Part shown: positions 8,224 through 16,102 of the stretch, in pieces | Layout of the letters: every line of letters begins with the position of its first letter | Numbering within the stretch: position 1 is the first letter of the stretch | NCBI GenBank assembly: GCA_046153645.1 | Contig: JBJXGI010000024.1 | Coordinates: forward strand, 1-19,549 | Reading direction: 5' to 3' | Length of the DNA: 19,549 bases | Source: Elusimicrobiota bacterium | GTDB taxonomy: Bacteria; Elusimicrobiota; Elusimicrobia; F11 | The notes under the pieces: generated by a model | What the model was told of the DNA's origin: nothing | Seen by the model: the letters and a program-made list of their open reading frames with translations, nothing else | Databases searched by the model: none | Program-made: the position numbers and the translations under genes

Positions 8224-8808
8224 ATGAAAATAACTCAATACTTAATTCTAATACCATTACTTTTTACCGGTTGTGTGAGTCGTCATCATTTGGGAGTAAA
8301 ACAATTTGATCCTACTCATGTTGCTTGTCATTCAATTGGAACCAAAGTTATTTCACAATCGAAGGAATTTGAAGAGAAAGTCACAAAACTAGTTTCCATA
8401 AATGACTTAAATGCGCTCAAATCTCATTTCTCAAAAAAACTAAAAGAAAAACTATCAGATAAAGATTTGGAAACGATTAAGGCTAAAATTAACTCTTATC
8501 AATTTTCGGGAGTGATAAAACCAAAAAACCTTATTATTAGAAGCATCAACATAGGACCAGAAAATTTTTGGGATCCATTTACTTCCTATGACTTTGTTGT
8601 GGGATCATATTTATTAGAAGGAAAAACGAAAGGAAATTTAAGTATATGCTTTGTCAAAAAAGATGAGAAATACGATTTGGTTGGAATGTTGTTAACGCCA
8701 ATCAATAAAAAACGCGCTTCCGATGAAAATACTTTTAAGTATCTTTTTTTAGACTATATTGATTCAGAAGAATCAATATTTTGTCCCTGCTTAATTTTTA
8801 TGGGCTAA
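8224..8808 (+). CDS. Predicted lipoprotein, putative immunity protein for the RHS C-terminal domain
   Basis: RBS AGAGGT at 8214-8219. MKITQYLILIPLLFTGC is a clear lipoprotein signal. The gene starts 14 nt after the toxin stop. Its TAA overlaps the convergent miaB TAG. Confidence 0.75.
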   Translation: MKITQYLILIPLLFTGCVSRHHLGVKQFDPTHVACHSIGTKVISQSKEFEEKVTKLVSINDLNALKSHFSKKLKEKLSDKDLETIKAKINSYQFSGVIKPKNLIIRSINIGPENFWDPFTSYDFVVGSYLLEGKTKGNLSICFVKKDEKYDLVGMLLTPINKKRASDENTFKYLFLDYIDSEESIFCPCLIFMG

Positions 8809-10094
8809 ACCACTTCCCCATGCAGTTCGCGGGAATAGGTATCAATTACCTTGGCTTGGACTATGTCGCCTGGTTTGAGGGTGGGGTTTTTGATTCTCAT
8901 TCGCCAGGCGCCGCGGGTTTTTCCTCGAAATACACCATCTCCCTTGTCTTCTTCAATCAAAACCTCTTGAACGCTGCCAATGAGCTTTTTGGCATTGGCT
9001 TGACCTTGAGAATCAGTTAATTCCAGCAAAAGATTGACCCGGCGTTCTTTTTCTTCGTTAGGCACATCATCAGGAAATTTATCAGCTGATTCTGTCCCAG
9101 GGCGAGGTGAATATTTAAAACAATAGGCTGAATCAAAACCTGCTTCTTTAACCACGCTTAAGGTTTCTTCAAAATCAGCTATGGTTTCACCTGGAAAACC
9201 AACAATAATGTCACTTGAAATAACGATATTTGGAATGGCCTTTCGAAGAGCCAATACTCCTTTCATATAGGAGGAGCGCGTATAATTTCGTTTCATTTTT
9301 TTAAGCTGTGAGTCAGACCCGGATTGAACCGGCAAATGCATATATTCCGGCACATTGGGGGTTTCAGCCATGGCTTGAATCAAGTTTTCATTTAAATAAT
9401 AAGGGTGGGGGCTAATAAACCGAAGTCTTTGTAAACCATTTATTTTAGCAACATCTCTAAGAAGTTCTGGGAAGAAATAATTGTCACTGGGTGCTTGCTG
9501 GGGCTTATAAGAATTAACGGTTTGACCCAGTAGCCAAATTTCTTTGGCCCCCTCTGTCACGCGCGCTTCGGTTTCTTGCAAAATAGTTTCAACAGGTCGG
9601 TACACCTCACGCCCTCGAACAGATGGAACAATACAGTAAGTACAGGAGTAATTACACCCTCGCATAATGGTCACGTATTGGACAACAGAGTTGTTAGGCG
9701 TGGTTTCAACTGGTTCAGGAATAAGACGATCTTCAACCAAAGGTTTCAGCGATTTATCAAGTTCATAAGGGAACTCTTCAATATCTTTAGCTCCCACGAT
9801 AAGGTCGATATGCGGAAACTTTCGTTTCATTTCAACTTTGGCGCGCTCTGCGGCACACCCCGTGACAATCAAAAGACCATTGGGGTTATTTAATTTCCAC
9901 TCTTTCATGCGGCCAATAAAAGACATGGCTTTATGCTCGGCCAACTCTCGCACTGTACAGGTGTTAACCAAAACAGCATCCGCTTCCTCTAGGTTTTGGG
10001 TTTGGGCAAACCCTCGTTCTTTAAAATGGCGCCCCATTTCATCAGAGTCAGCAAAATTCATCTGACAGCCAAAGGTTTGTGTGAATAGTTTCAT
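8805..10094 (-). CDS. miaB: tRNA-2-methylthio-N6-dimethylallyladenosine synthase (radical SAM methylthiotransferase)
   Basis: TFGCQMN..DS, NTCTVRE.AE.K and VTGC (UPF0004 domain); radical SAM motif GCNYSCTYC; HLPVQSGSD, SDIIVGFPGET, YSPRPGT; C-terminal TRAM-like region. Confidence 0.95.
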   Translation of the reverse strand: MKLFTQTFGCQMNFADSDEMGRHFKERGFAQTQNLEEADAVLVNTCTVRELAEHKAMSFIGRMKEWKLNNPNGLLIVTGCAAERAKVEMKRKFPHIDLIVGAKDIEEFPYELDKSLKPLVEDRLIPEPVETTPNNSVVQYVTIMRGCNYSCTYCIVPSVRGREVYRPVETILQETEARVTEGAKEIWLLGQTVNSYKPQQAPSDNYFFPELLRDVAKINGLQRLRFISPHPYYLNENLIQAMAETPNVPEYMHLPVQSGSDSQLKKMKRNYTRSSYMKGVLALRKAIPNIVISSDIIVGFPGETIADFEETLSVVKEAGFDSAYCFKYSPRPGTESADKFPDDVPNEEKERRVNLLLELTDSQGQANAKKLIGSVQEVLIEEDKGDGVFRGKTRGAWRMRIKNPTLKPGDIVQAKVIDTYSRELHGEVV

Positions 10095-10273
10095 ATTTTA
10101 GGAGAGGTTTTATTTTGATGCGCTCGGCCAGACCAATAGAGCTTGAGAATAGAAGAGAGCCATTCGAATTTGAGAGCAACAGACCAATCTTTATAGTTTT
10201 TTTGAGCTTCAGCATCAAAATACTGAACCATGCGCAAAGGTTCTCGCTCTTTGTCATCCCATTCTTCTTTCAT
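10091..10273 (-). CDS. Small 60-aa hypothetical protein, translationally coupled partner of the nucleotidyltransferase
   Basis: ATGA overlaps at both ends (10270-10273 with the NTase stop, 10091-10094 with the miaB start). An upstream AAGGAG RBS lies in the NTase 3' end. Confidence 0.75.
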   Translation of the reverse strand: MKEEWDDKEREPLRMVQYFDAEAQKNYKDWSVALKFEWLSSILKLYWSGRAHQNKTSPKI

Positions 10274-10764
10274 TTATTCTCCTTCAAGATGTGTTCTAAC
10301 CCAATAATGTCCTGAAGGTCTTGTGGACGGCCTGCTTTCTTTTTTAAGGTGATAAGATCTGGTATTTGCATAACATTGATAGGAATCGTTCCTAACAGAG
10401 CAACTTTTTTTCGGGAATAGGCATCAGAAAAAGGAATTTGTTCTTCAACAAAAACGTCTATTAGCTCATCTAATTTCTGCGGGTGATATAAGGAAAATAC
10501 TTTCATTCCTTTCTCTGTAACCCAACTTTTTCTTTTTTCTGGATCAGAAAAATCATCAATAGGCACGGGGGCTTTAGGTCGGTATCCTTTACTTTTTATG
10601 AGATCAAGAAAGGTATGAAGATTTTTTTCATCTAGCGCAACCATGAGATCTAAATCCGCCGTAGCACGAATAAAACCATGGAGAATAACCGCAACCCCTC
10701 CCACAACAAGATATCTGACACCTTTCATGTCAAGATCTTTAAATAGTTCTTCGTAAAAAGTCAT
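10270..10764 (-). CDS. Pol-beta-superfamily nucleotidyltransferase (AbiEii/DUF6036-like)
   Basis: YLVVGGVAVILHGFIRATADLDL (GG...R.T.D.D), a distal IDVF strand, and C-terminal LITLKKKAGRPQDLQDI. Confidence 0.85.
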   Translation of the reverse strand: MTFYEELFKDLDMKGVRYLVVGGVAVILHGFIRATADLDLMVALDEKNLHTFLDLIKSKGYRPKAPVPIDDFSDPEKRKSWVTEKGMKVFSLYHPQKLDELIDVFVEEQIPFSDAYSRKKVALLGTIPINVMQIPDLITLKKKAGRPQDLQDIIGLEHILKENK

Positions 10765-10769
10765 TTTTT

Positions 10770-11399
10770 TTAAGGTTTTAATGTGACGTAACTGTTTTTC
10801 TTTTTATCCCAGTTAATATACCAGCCGTTTCGTTTATAGCGGCCCTTGGTGAGTTTAGCATCTACAAAACTGACATAGTCATCTTTAAAGTTATACACTT
10901 CGCCTTGGCGGTTTATATCGAAAGTGCCGCCATTTTTCTTGTGGCCATTAAAAATTAGAAGTTCAACCAAAGGGCCCAATTTTCCTTCTTGCGTGATGAC
11001 CAAAAATGCGTAATCGCGTTTGGTGTCTCCATTAAAATCTCCCCACGCCACGGAAGGATGAACTCCAATTAAACGAGAATTATAATAACCCAACATTTCA
11101 GAGTTATATTCACTGTCTTTGGGAATTCTATAACCAGGAGATTCACTTTGAAGTGCCGTTTCTATATCATCCGGTAAAATAAGTGTGCGCGTTCCATCTG
11201 CTGCTGTTTCAACAACAGGAACATTGACTTTCTTTGTTTGGGAATAAAGATACGGACAAGAGAAAAAGAAAAAAAGAACTAACCAATTCGTCATTCCCGA
11301 ATGTCTTTCTCGGGAATCTAAATCTTTTTTTTTAAAAAGTAAGTGAGACCCCCGATTACGAATTTCGGGGATGACGGAGTAAAAATTTTCGTTAGCCAT
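10770..11399 (-). CDS. Exported hypothetical protein with a single FG-GAP-like Ca-binding motif; N-terminus contains a palindromic element
   Basis: ATG lies 2 nt after the tkt stop. Hydrophobic WLVLFFFFSCPYLYS|Q resembles a signal peptide h/c-region. WGDFNGDTKRDYAFL motif. An alternative start at 11294 (MTNWLV...) lies inside the repeat. Confidence 0.75.
   Translation of the reverse strand: MANENFYSVIPEIRNRGSHLLFKKKDLDSRERHSGMTNWLVLFFFFSCPYLYSQTKKVNVPVVETAADGTRTLILPDDIETALQSESPGYRIPKDSEYNSEMLGYYNSRLIGVHPSVAWGDFNGDTKRDYAFLVITQEGKLGPLVELLIFNGHKKNGGTFDINRQGEVYNFKDDYVSFVDAKLTKGRYKRNGWYINWDKKKNSYVTLKP
11289..11376. mobile_element. 88-bp palindromic MITE/RPE-like element (GTCATTCCCG...CGGGRATGAC family)
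   Basis: 13-bp terminal inverted repeats CGTCATTCCCGAA / TTCGGGGATGACG (12/13 match). Two internal hairpins: ATTCCCGA-9nt-TCGGGAAT and CCCCGA-9nt-TCGGGG. Confidence 0.75.
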
Positions 11400-11401
11400 G
11401 A

Positions 11402-13447
11402 TTATTGAACTGTTTCCTTTAATTGATCGAGAACCCGCTTAGAAGTATTTACTACATTATCGACTGAAAAGCCGAATTTTTCCATAAGAATATTTGCCGG
11501 AGCTGAGGCACCAAAAGTTTTCATTCCAATAATGGCACCTTCTGTTCCGACATAGCGTTCCCATCCAAATCCTGACAAACATTCGATACTTACGCGGGCT
11601 TTGATATTTTTAGGAAGAACAGATTCCCGGTAAGCGGCCTCTTGTTGTTCAAACAACTCCCATGAAGGGAGTGAAACAACTCTTGTTGCAATTCCTTCAT
11701 TTTCAAGTTTTGTTTGTGCCGATAATGCCAATGAAACCTCGGACCCCGTCGCAATTAAAATGAGATCTGGCTTTCCAGAGTTAGCGTCGGTCAAAATATA
11801 TCCACCCTTTTCAACTTGTCCGGCAAGTGGATATTTTGATTTATGAAGGACGGGTAAGTTTTGACGAGTTAAAACCAAGAGGGTTGGCCCATGACGATGT
11901 TCAATGGCAAATTTCCACGCAGCGGCTGTTTCAATGGCGTCAGCGGGACGAATTGTCACTACATTGGGAATGGCTCTCATGTGAGCCAATTGTTCAATGG
12001 GTTGATGCGTGGGACCGTCTTCTCCCAAACCAATTGAATCATGAGTAAGAACATAAATCATTTGTAGTTTCATGAGGGCGGACAATCGCATCGCTCCTTT
12101 CATGTAATCAGTAAAATTAAAAAATGTCCCCCCATAGGGAATTAATTTTTTTGAAAGTGACATGCCATTCATCGCGGCTGCCATAGCATGTTCGCGCACG
12201 CCGAAATGCAGGTTTCGTCCTGCTGATTTTTTATTAAAAGAAGAGATTCCTTTCATGTTTGTATTATTTGATGGGGCTAAATCCGCGGATCCGCCTAATA
12301 GTTCTGGGAAAATGGGTGCAATGGCGTTAATCACTTTACCAGAAGCCGCTCTCGTGGCCATTTTTTCTTCAGCGGCAAAGTCAGGCAATTTGGCTTCCCA
12401 CCCTTGAGGAAGTTTTTGAGAATCTAAACGGTCCCAAAGTTTTTTTAATTCAGGATTTTTTATTGACCATTCTTTAAAACGTTTATTCCATTCTTCTTCG
12501 CATTTTTCACCTTTCAAAATAGATTTGGAATAAAATTGCGACACTTCTTCTGGAATATAAAAATCAGATTCTGACTGCCATCCGAGATTTTTCTTCGTTA
12601 AAGCAATTTCTTCTTTGCCAAGAGGGCTGCCATGAACTTCACCCGTATTGGCCTTATTCGGGCTCCCATAACCAATGGTGGTTTGAATAGCGATTAGCGT
12701 TGGTTTGGTCGTTTCTTTTTGAGCGGATTGAATAGCGGCTTTCAAAAGGTCTAAGTTATGACCATCTTTTACTTTTAAAACATTCCAACCTTGTGATTTG
12801 AAACGAGCGGGAACATCTTCGCTAAAAGAAACATCTGTATTTCCTTCAATGGAAATATGGTTATCATCATAAAGAATAATAATTTGTCCAAGCCCCAAAT
12901 GTCCTGCCAGTGATGCCGCTTCAGAAGAAATTCCCTCCATCATGCAACCGTCGCCAGCAAAAACATAAATACGGTGATCAAGCAATGCTTTGCCTTTGGT
13001 TGGAAAAAGTGAATTTAAATATTTTTGCCCCATGGCTATTCCAACGGCTGTTGCAATTCCTTGACCTAAAGGACCAGTGGTTGTTTCAACACCAGGTGTA
13101 TCACCCAACTCAGGATGCCCAGGTGTTTGACTATGCCACTGACGGAAATTTTTTAATTGTTCTAAAGGTAAATCATATCCCGTTAAATGGAGCATGGAAT
13201 ACAAAAGCATCGATCCATGCCCATTGGATAAAATGAATCGATCGCGGTTAACCCAATTGGGATTTTTAGGATTAAATTTTAAAAACTGGCTCCAAAGAAC
13301 GTGCGCTATGGATGCCATCCCCATCGGCATTCCGGGGTGTCCTGAGTTGGCTTTTTCAACACCATCAACTGATAAAAACCGAATCGTATTTACACATAAC
13401 TCAGGTAAAGATGGTTTTGAAAATTTATTTTTTTTTGCTACGGCCAT
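11402..13447 (-). CDS. tkt: Transketolase
   Basis: SGHPGMPMG, RDRFILSNGHGSMLLY, TPGHPE, TTGPLGQG, TPP motif GDGCMMEG...DDN, FGVREHAM, THDSIGLGEDGPTHQPIEQ. RBS AAGGAG at 13454-13459 (-). Confidence 0.98.
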   Translation of the reverse strand: MAVAKKNKFSKPSLPELCVNTIRFLSVDGVEKANSGHPGMPMGMASIAHVLWSQFLKFNPKNPNWVNRDRFILSNGHGSMLLYSMLHLTGYDLPLEQLKNFRQWHSQTPGHPELGDTPGVETTTGPLGQGIATAVGIAMGQKYLNSLFPTKGKALLDHRIYVFAGDGCMMEGISSEAASLAGHLGLGQIIILYDDNHISIEGNTDVSFSEDVPARFKSQGWNVLKVKDGHNLDLLKAAIQSAQKETTKPTLIAIQTTIGYGSPNKANTGEVHGSPLGKEEIALTKKNLGWQSESDFYIPEEVSQFYSKSILKGEKCEEEWNKRFKEWSIKNPELKKLWDRLDSQKLPQGWEAKLPDFAAEEKMATRAASGKVINAIAPIFPELLGGSADLAPSNNTNMKGISSFNKKSAGRNLHFGVREHAMAAAMNGMSLSKKLIPYGGTFFNFTDYMKGAMRLSALMKLQMIYVLTHDSIGLGEDGPTHQPIEQLAHMRAIPNVVTIRPADAIETAAAWKFAIEHRHGPTLLVLTRQNLPVLHKSKYPLAGQVEKGGYILTDANSGKPDLILIATGSEVSLALSAQTKLENEGIATRVVSLPSWELFEQQEAAYRESVLPKNIKARVSIECLSGFGWERYVGTEGAIIGMKTFGASAPANILMEKFGFSVDNVVNTSKRVLDQLKETVQ

Positions 13448-13470
13448 GGAAGGCTCCTTCGATAAAATTT

Positions 13471-13487
13471 GTCATTCGGGGGTGACG
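13471..13487. repeat. Collapsed remnant of the GTCATTCC palindromic element
   Basis: GTCATTCGGGGGTGACG equals the left end (GTCATTC) fused to the right end (TTCGGGGRTGACG) of the 11289-11376 element. Confidence 0.45.
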
Positions 13488-13492
13488 ATATT

Positions 13493-13522
13493 ATTCTACG
13501 TTAAATTCAGTACGTGTGTTAA
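13493..13522 (-). promoter_or_regulatory. Candidate sigma70 promoter for tkt
   Basis: On the - strand TTAACA (13522-13517), an 18-nt spacer, then TAGAAT (13498-13493), in the largest intergenic gap of the - strand block. Confidence 0.35.
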
Positions 13523-14169
13523 GACAATGCTTGAAGAAATTCATCATTGGATTGCATCTGCAAATAAGGGTTGGATTTTTTTTCTTTTTCTAGGGTTTGA
13601 TTGGGAATAAAACCGTAATCATGTCCAGGCCAAAACACAAGATGAGAAGGAAGTGTTGCTATCTTCTGAAGACTTTTAAACAATGTTGGCCCATCACCGC
13701 CTGGTAAATCGGCTCGACCACATCCGCCCATAAACAAAGTGTCCCCAGTAATTAAATTATCCCCCACTTGAATACATTGGGAACCCGGTGTGTGTCCTGG
13801 CGTGTGCAGAAAAGTAAGTTCAGTTTCTCCAATTTTTACTTTTTCTCCACCTTCTAAACCCTTTACTGTTTTCCCCAACGAAGCGACAATGGAGGTTCCA
13901 CTTTTAGAATAGGTAATTTCTGCTTTATTCGCGTAAACAGGAATATCATGTTGGACTAAGATTTCTTCAATGGCATTGGTGTGATCGTAATGGGCATGAG
14001 TGATAATCATTCCGGTCAGTTTAAAACCAAGTTGATTTACTTCTTTTTGAAAAGTGTCTGGCGCCCAGGCAGGGTCAACAATAAAAGCTTCTTTGGTTTG
14101 GTCGTCTCCAATGAGATAACCAAAGTTTTGCATAGGGCCGATTTCAAATTGTTTGAAAATCAGTGCCAT
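13519..14169 (-). CDS. MBL-fold metallo-hydrolase (glyoxalase II-like)
   Basis: THAHYDH, HTPGHTPGS, TGDTLF..GCGR.D, PGHDY. Confidence 0.92.
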   Translation of the reverse strand: MALIFKQFEIGPMQNFGYLIGDDQTKEAFIVDPAWAPDTFQKEVNQLGFKLTGMIITHAHYDHTNAIEEILVQHDIPVYANKAEITYSKSGTSIVASLGKTVKGLEGGEKVKIGETELTFLHTPGHTPGSQCIQVGDNLITGDTLFMGGCGRADLPGGDGPTLFKSLQKIATLPSHLVFWPGHDYGFIPNQTLEKEKKSNPYLQMQSNDEFLQALS

Positions 14170-14174
14170 GAAAT

Positions 14175-15467
14175 CTACAAACCAACTCTTTTGAAAATTG
14201 TATTCACATGTCTAAAATGATTTGAAGTGTCAAAACATTGTAATAATTCTTTCTTGGATAAATATGAACCAATTCGAGTGTCAGCTTCAATGAGTTTTCT
14301 GAACGATTTTCCTTGAGTCCAGGCTTCTAGTGCATTTTTTTGAACCATCTCATATCCTTTCTGACGTTCCAGTCCTTTCCTCACCAGAGCCAACATGATT
14401 TTTTCCGAAGCCAAGAATTCTTCTGTTTTGGCTAAGTTGGCTTTCATTCGTTCTGGATAAACTTGGAGATTTTGGAGAATTCCGTTCATTCTATTTAAAG
14501 CATAATCTGCGAGAATGGTTGAATCAGGCAAGATCACTCGTTCAACAGATGAGTGAGAAATATCTCTTTCATGCCACAATGCCACATTTTCGATCCCGGC
14601 CAATGCATTGGTACGAAGAAGTCGGGCCAAGCCGCAAATGTTTTCACATCCGATAGGATTTCGCTTATGTGGCATGGCGCTCGATCCTTTTTGTCCTTTG
14701 GAAAATGGTTCTTCGGCTTCTAATACTTCAGTTCGTTGAAGGTGTCGAATTTCGGTTGCAATTCTTTCTAACATGGCACCGATAAGAGCCAAGGTATTAA
14801 GGAAATGTGCGTGCCGATCTCTGGGGATAACTTGAGTTCCTACAGGTTCGGCCTGAAGTCCCAATTTTTTACAGACGTAAGTTTCTAAATCGGGGTCGTT
14901 ATGGGCAAAGGTCCCAACTGCACCCGAAAGTTTTCCGATTGCAATCATTTTGCGAGCTTCAGTTAATCGTTGTAAATTTCGCTTGGCTTCTGATAACCAC
15001 CCAGCCACTTTAATTCCAAAGGTAATAGGTTCAGCATGAACACCGTGAGATCTTCCCACCATAGGGACATTTTTATATTTGAGCGCCAAATCTTTTATCG
15101 TGGAAATGAGCATTTTTAGATCGGCATCTAAAATATTCCCCGCTTCTTTTATTTGCACGGATAAACCAGTGTCAACAACATCACTTGAGGTGAGCCCCAT
15201 GTGTAAAAATCGTGATTCAGGACCAATGACCTCTTCCATATGAGTTAAGAACGCAATAATGTCGTGTTTCGTCACCATTTCAATTTCAAGAATTCTGGCG
15301 GGGTTGATTCGAGCTTTAGAACGAATCACTTGAATGGCTTTCTTCGGCACTTTCCCTTTTAAAGACAACGCTTCGGCGGCCAATACTTCTACTTCAAACC
15401 AGATTTTATATTTACGTTCTTCCGTCCAGATGGAAGACATTACTTCACGTGAGTATCGAGGAATCAC
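14175..15467 (-). CDS. purB: Adenylosuccinate lyase
   Basis: MIPRYSR start (GTG), HDIIAF, HMGLTSSD, GRSHGVHAEP, the fumarate-lyase signature GSSAMPHKRNP, and WHERDISHSSVER. Confidence 0.97.
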   Translation of the reverse strand: MIPRYSREVMSSIWTEERKYKIWFEVEVLAAEALSLKGKVPKKAIQVIRSKARINPARILEIEMVTKHDIIAFLTHMEEVIGPESRFLHMGLTSSDVVDTGLSVQIKEAGNILDADLKMLISTIKDLALKYKNVPMVGRSHGVHAEPITFGIKVAGWLSEAKRNLQRLTEARKMIAIGKLSGAVGTFAHNDPDLETYVCKKLGLQAEPVGTQVIPRDRHAHFLNTLALIGAMLERIATEIRHLQRTEVLEAEEPFSKGQKGSSAMPHKRNPIGCENICGLARLLRTNALAGIENVALWHERDISHSSVERVILPDSTILADYALNRMNGILQNLQVYPERMKANLAKTEEFLASEKIMLALVRKGLERQKGYEMVQKNALEAWTQGKSFRKLIEADTRIGSYLSKKELLQCFDTSNHFRHVNTIFKRVGL

Positions 15468-16102
15468 TTTTTTACTCCTTCACTAAATTTATCTAAATCT
15501 ATTTTCTCATTACAGATATCTTTTAACACCCGCACATATAGTTTATGTTCTTCAGGATGAATTTTTTCTGCTAAAGATTCGGGCGTATCACTGGGCAGAA
15601 CTTTTACTTTGGCCTGCGCTAGAATGGGCCCTTCATCAAAAACTTCGTTAACCAAATGAACAGTGCAACCCGATTCTGTTTCTCCGTTTTTTAATACGGC
15701 CTCATGCACGTGCCGGCCATACATTCCCTTCCCTCCATACTTGGGTAAAAGTGAAGGATGAATATTTATTATTCTATTGGGGAAAGAACGAATCATACAA
15801 GGTTCAATTTTAAGCAAGTAACCTGCCAGACAAACCAAATCAACATTTTTTTCATTCAATGCTTTAGCTAACTTTGAACAAAATAAAGTTCTCGTAGAAA
15901 ACTTTTCTGCTTCAAAAAGAAGAGTTTCTATTTGAGATTCGCGCGCTCGCTGTAATCCATACGCATAGCGTTGATTAGAAACAACCACAACCACTTCGCC
16001 ATTAATTTCACCCGACTTACAGGCATCTACAATAGCCTGCATATTGGTGCCATTTCCGGAAATTAAAACAGCAATTCTTTTTTTATTGGAAGAATCAGGC
16101 AT
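15464..16102 (-). CDS. purN: Phosphoribosylglycinamide formyltransferase
   Basis: IAVLISGNGTN, LAGYL, INIHPSLLPKYGG, SGCTVHLV...DEGPI. Start revised to the ATG at 16102 (MPDSSNKK), which overlaps the purM end by 8 nt. Confidence 0.95.
   Translation of the reverse strand: MPDSSNKKRIAVLISGNGTNMQAIVDACKSGEINGEVVVVVSNQRYAYGLQRARESQIETLLFEAEKFSTRTLFCSKLAKALNEKNVDLVCLAGYLLKIEPCMIRSFPNRIINIHPSLLPKYGGKGMYGRHVHEAVLKNGETESGCTVHLVNEVFDEGPILAQAKVKVLPSDTPESLAEKIHPEEHKLYVRVLKDICNEKIDLDKFSEGVKK

Noticed and set aside
11018..11048. GDFNGD motif in the exported hypothetical protein as a link to the RHS toxin
   Set aside because: It is a single common Ca-binding motif in a different operon on the other strand, with no other similarity.
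13449..13460. GAAGG-CT-CCTTC palindrome over the tkt RBS
   Set aside because: It is too short, with too tight a loop, to support a regulatory claim.
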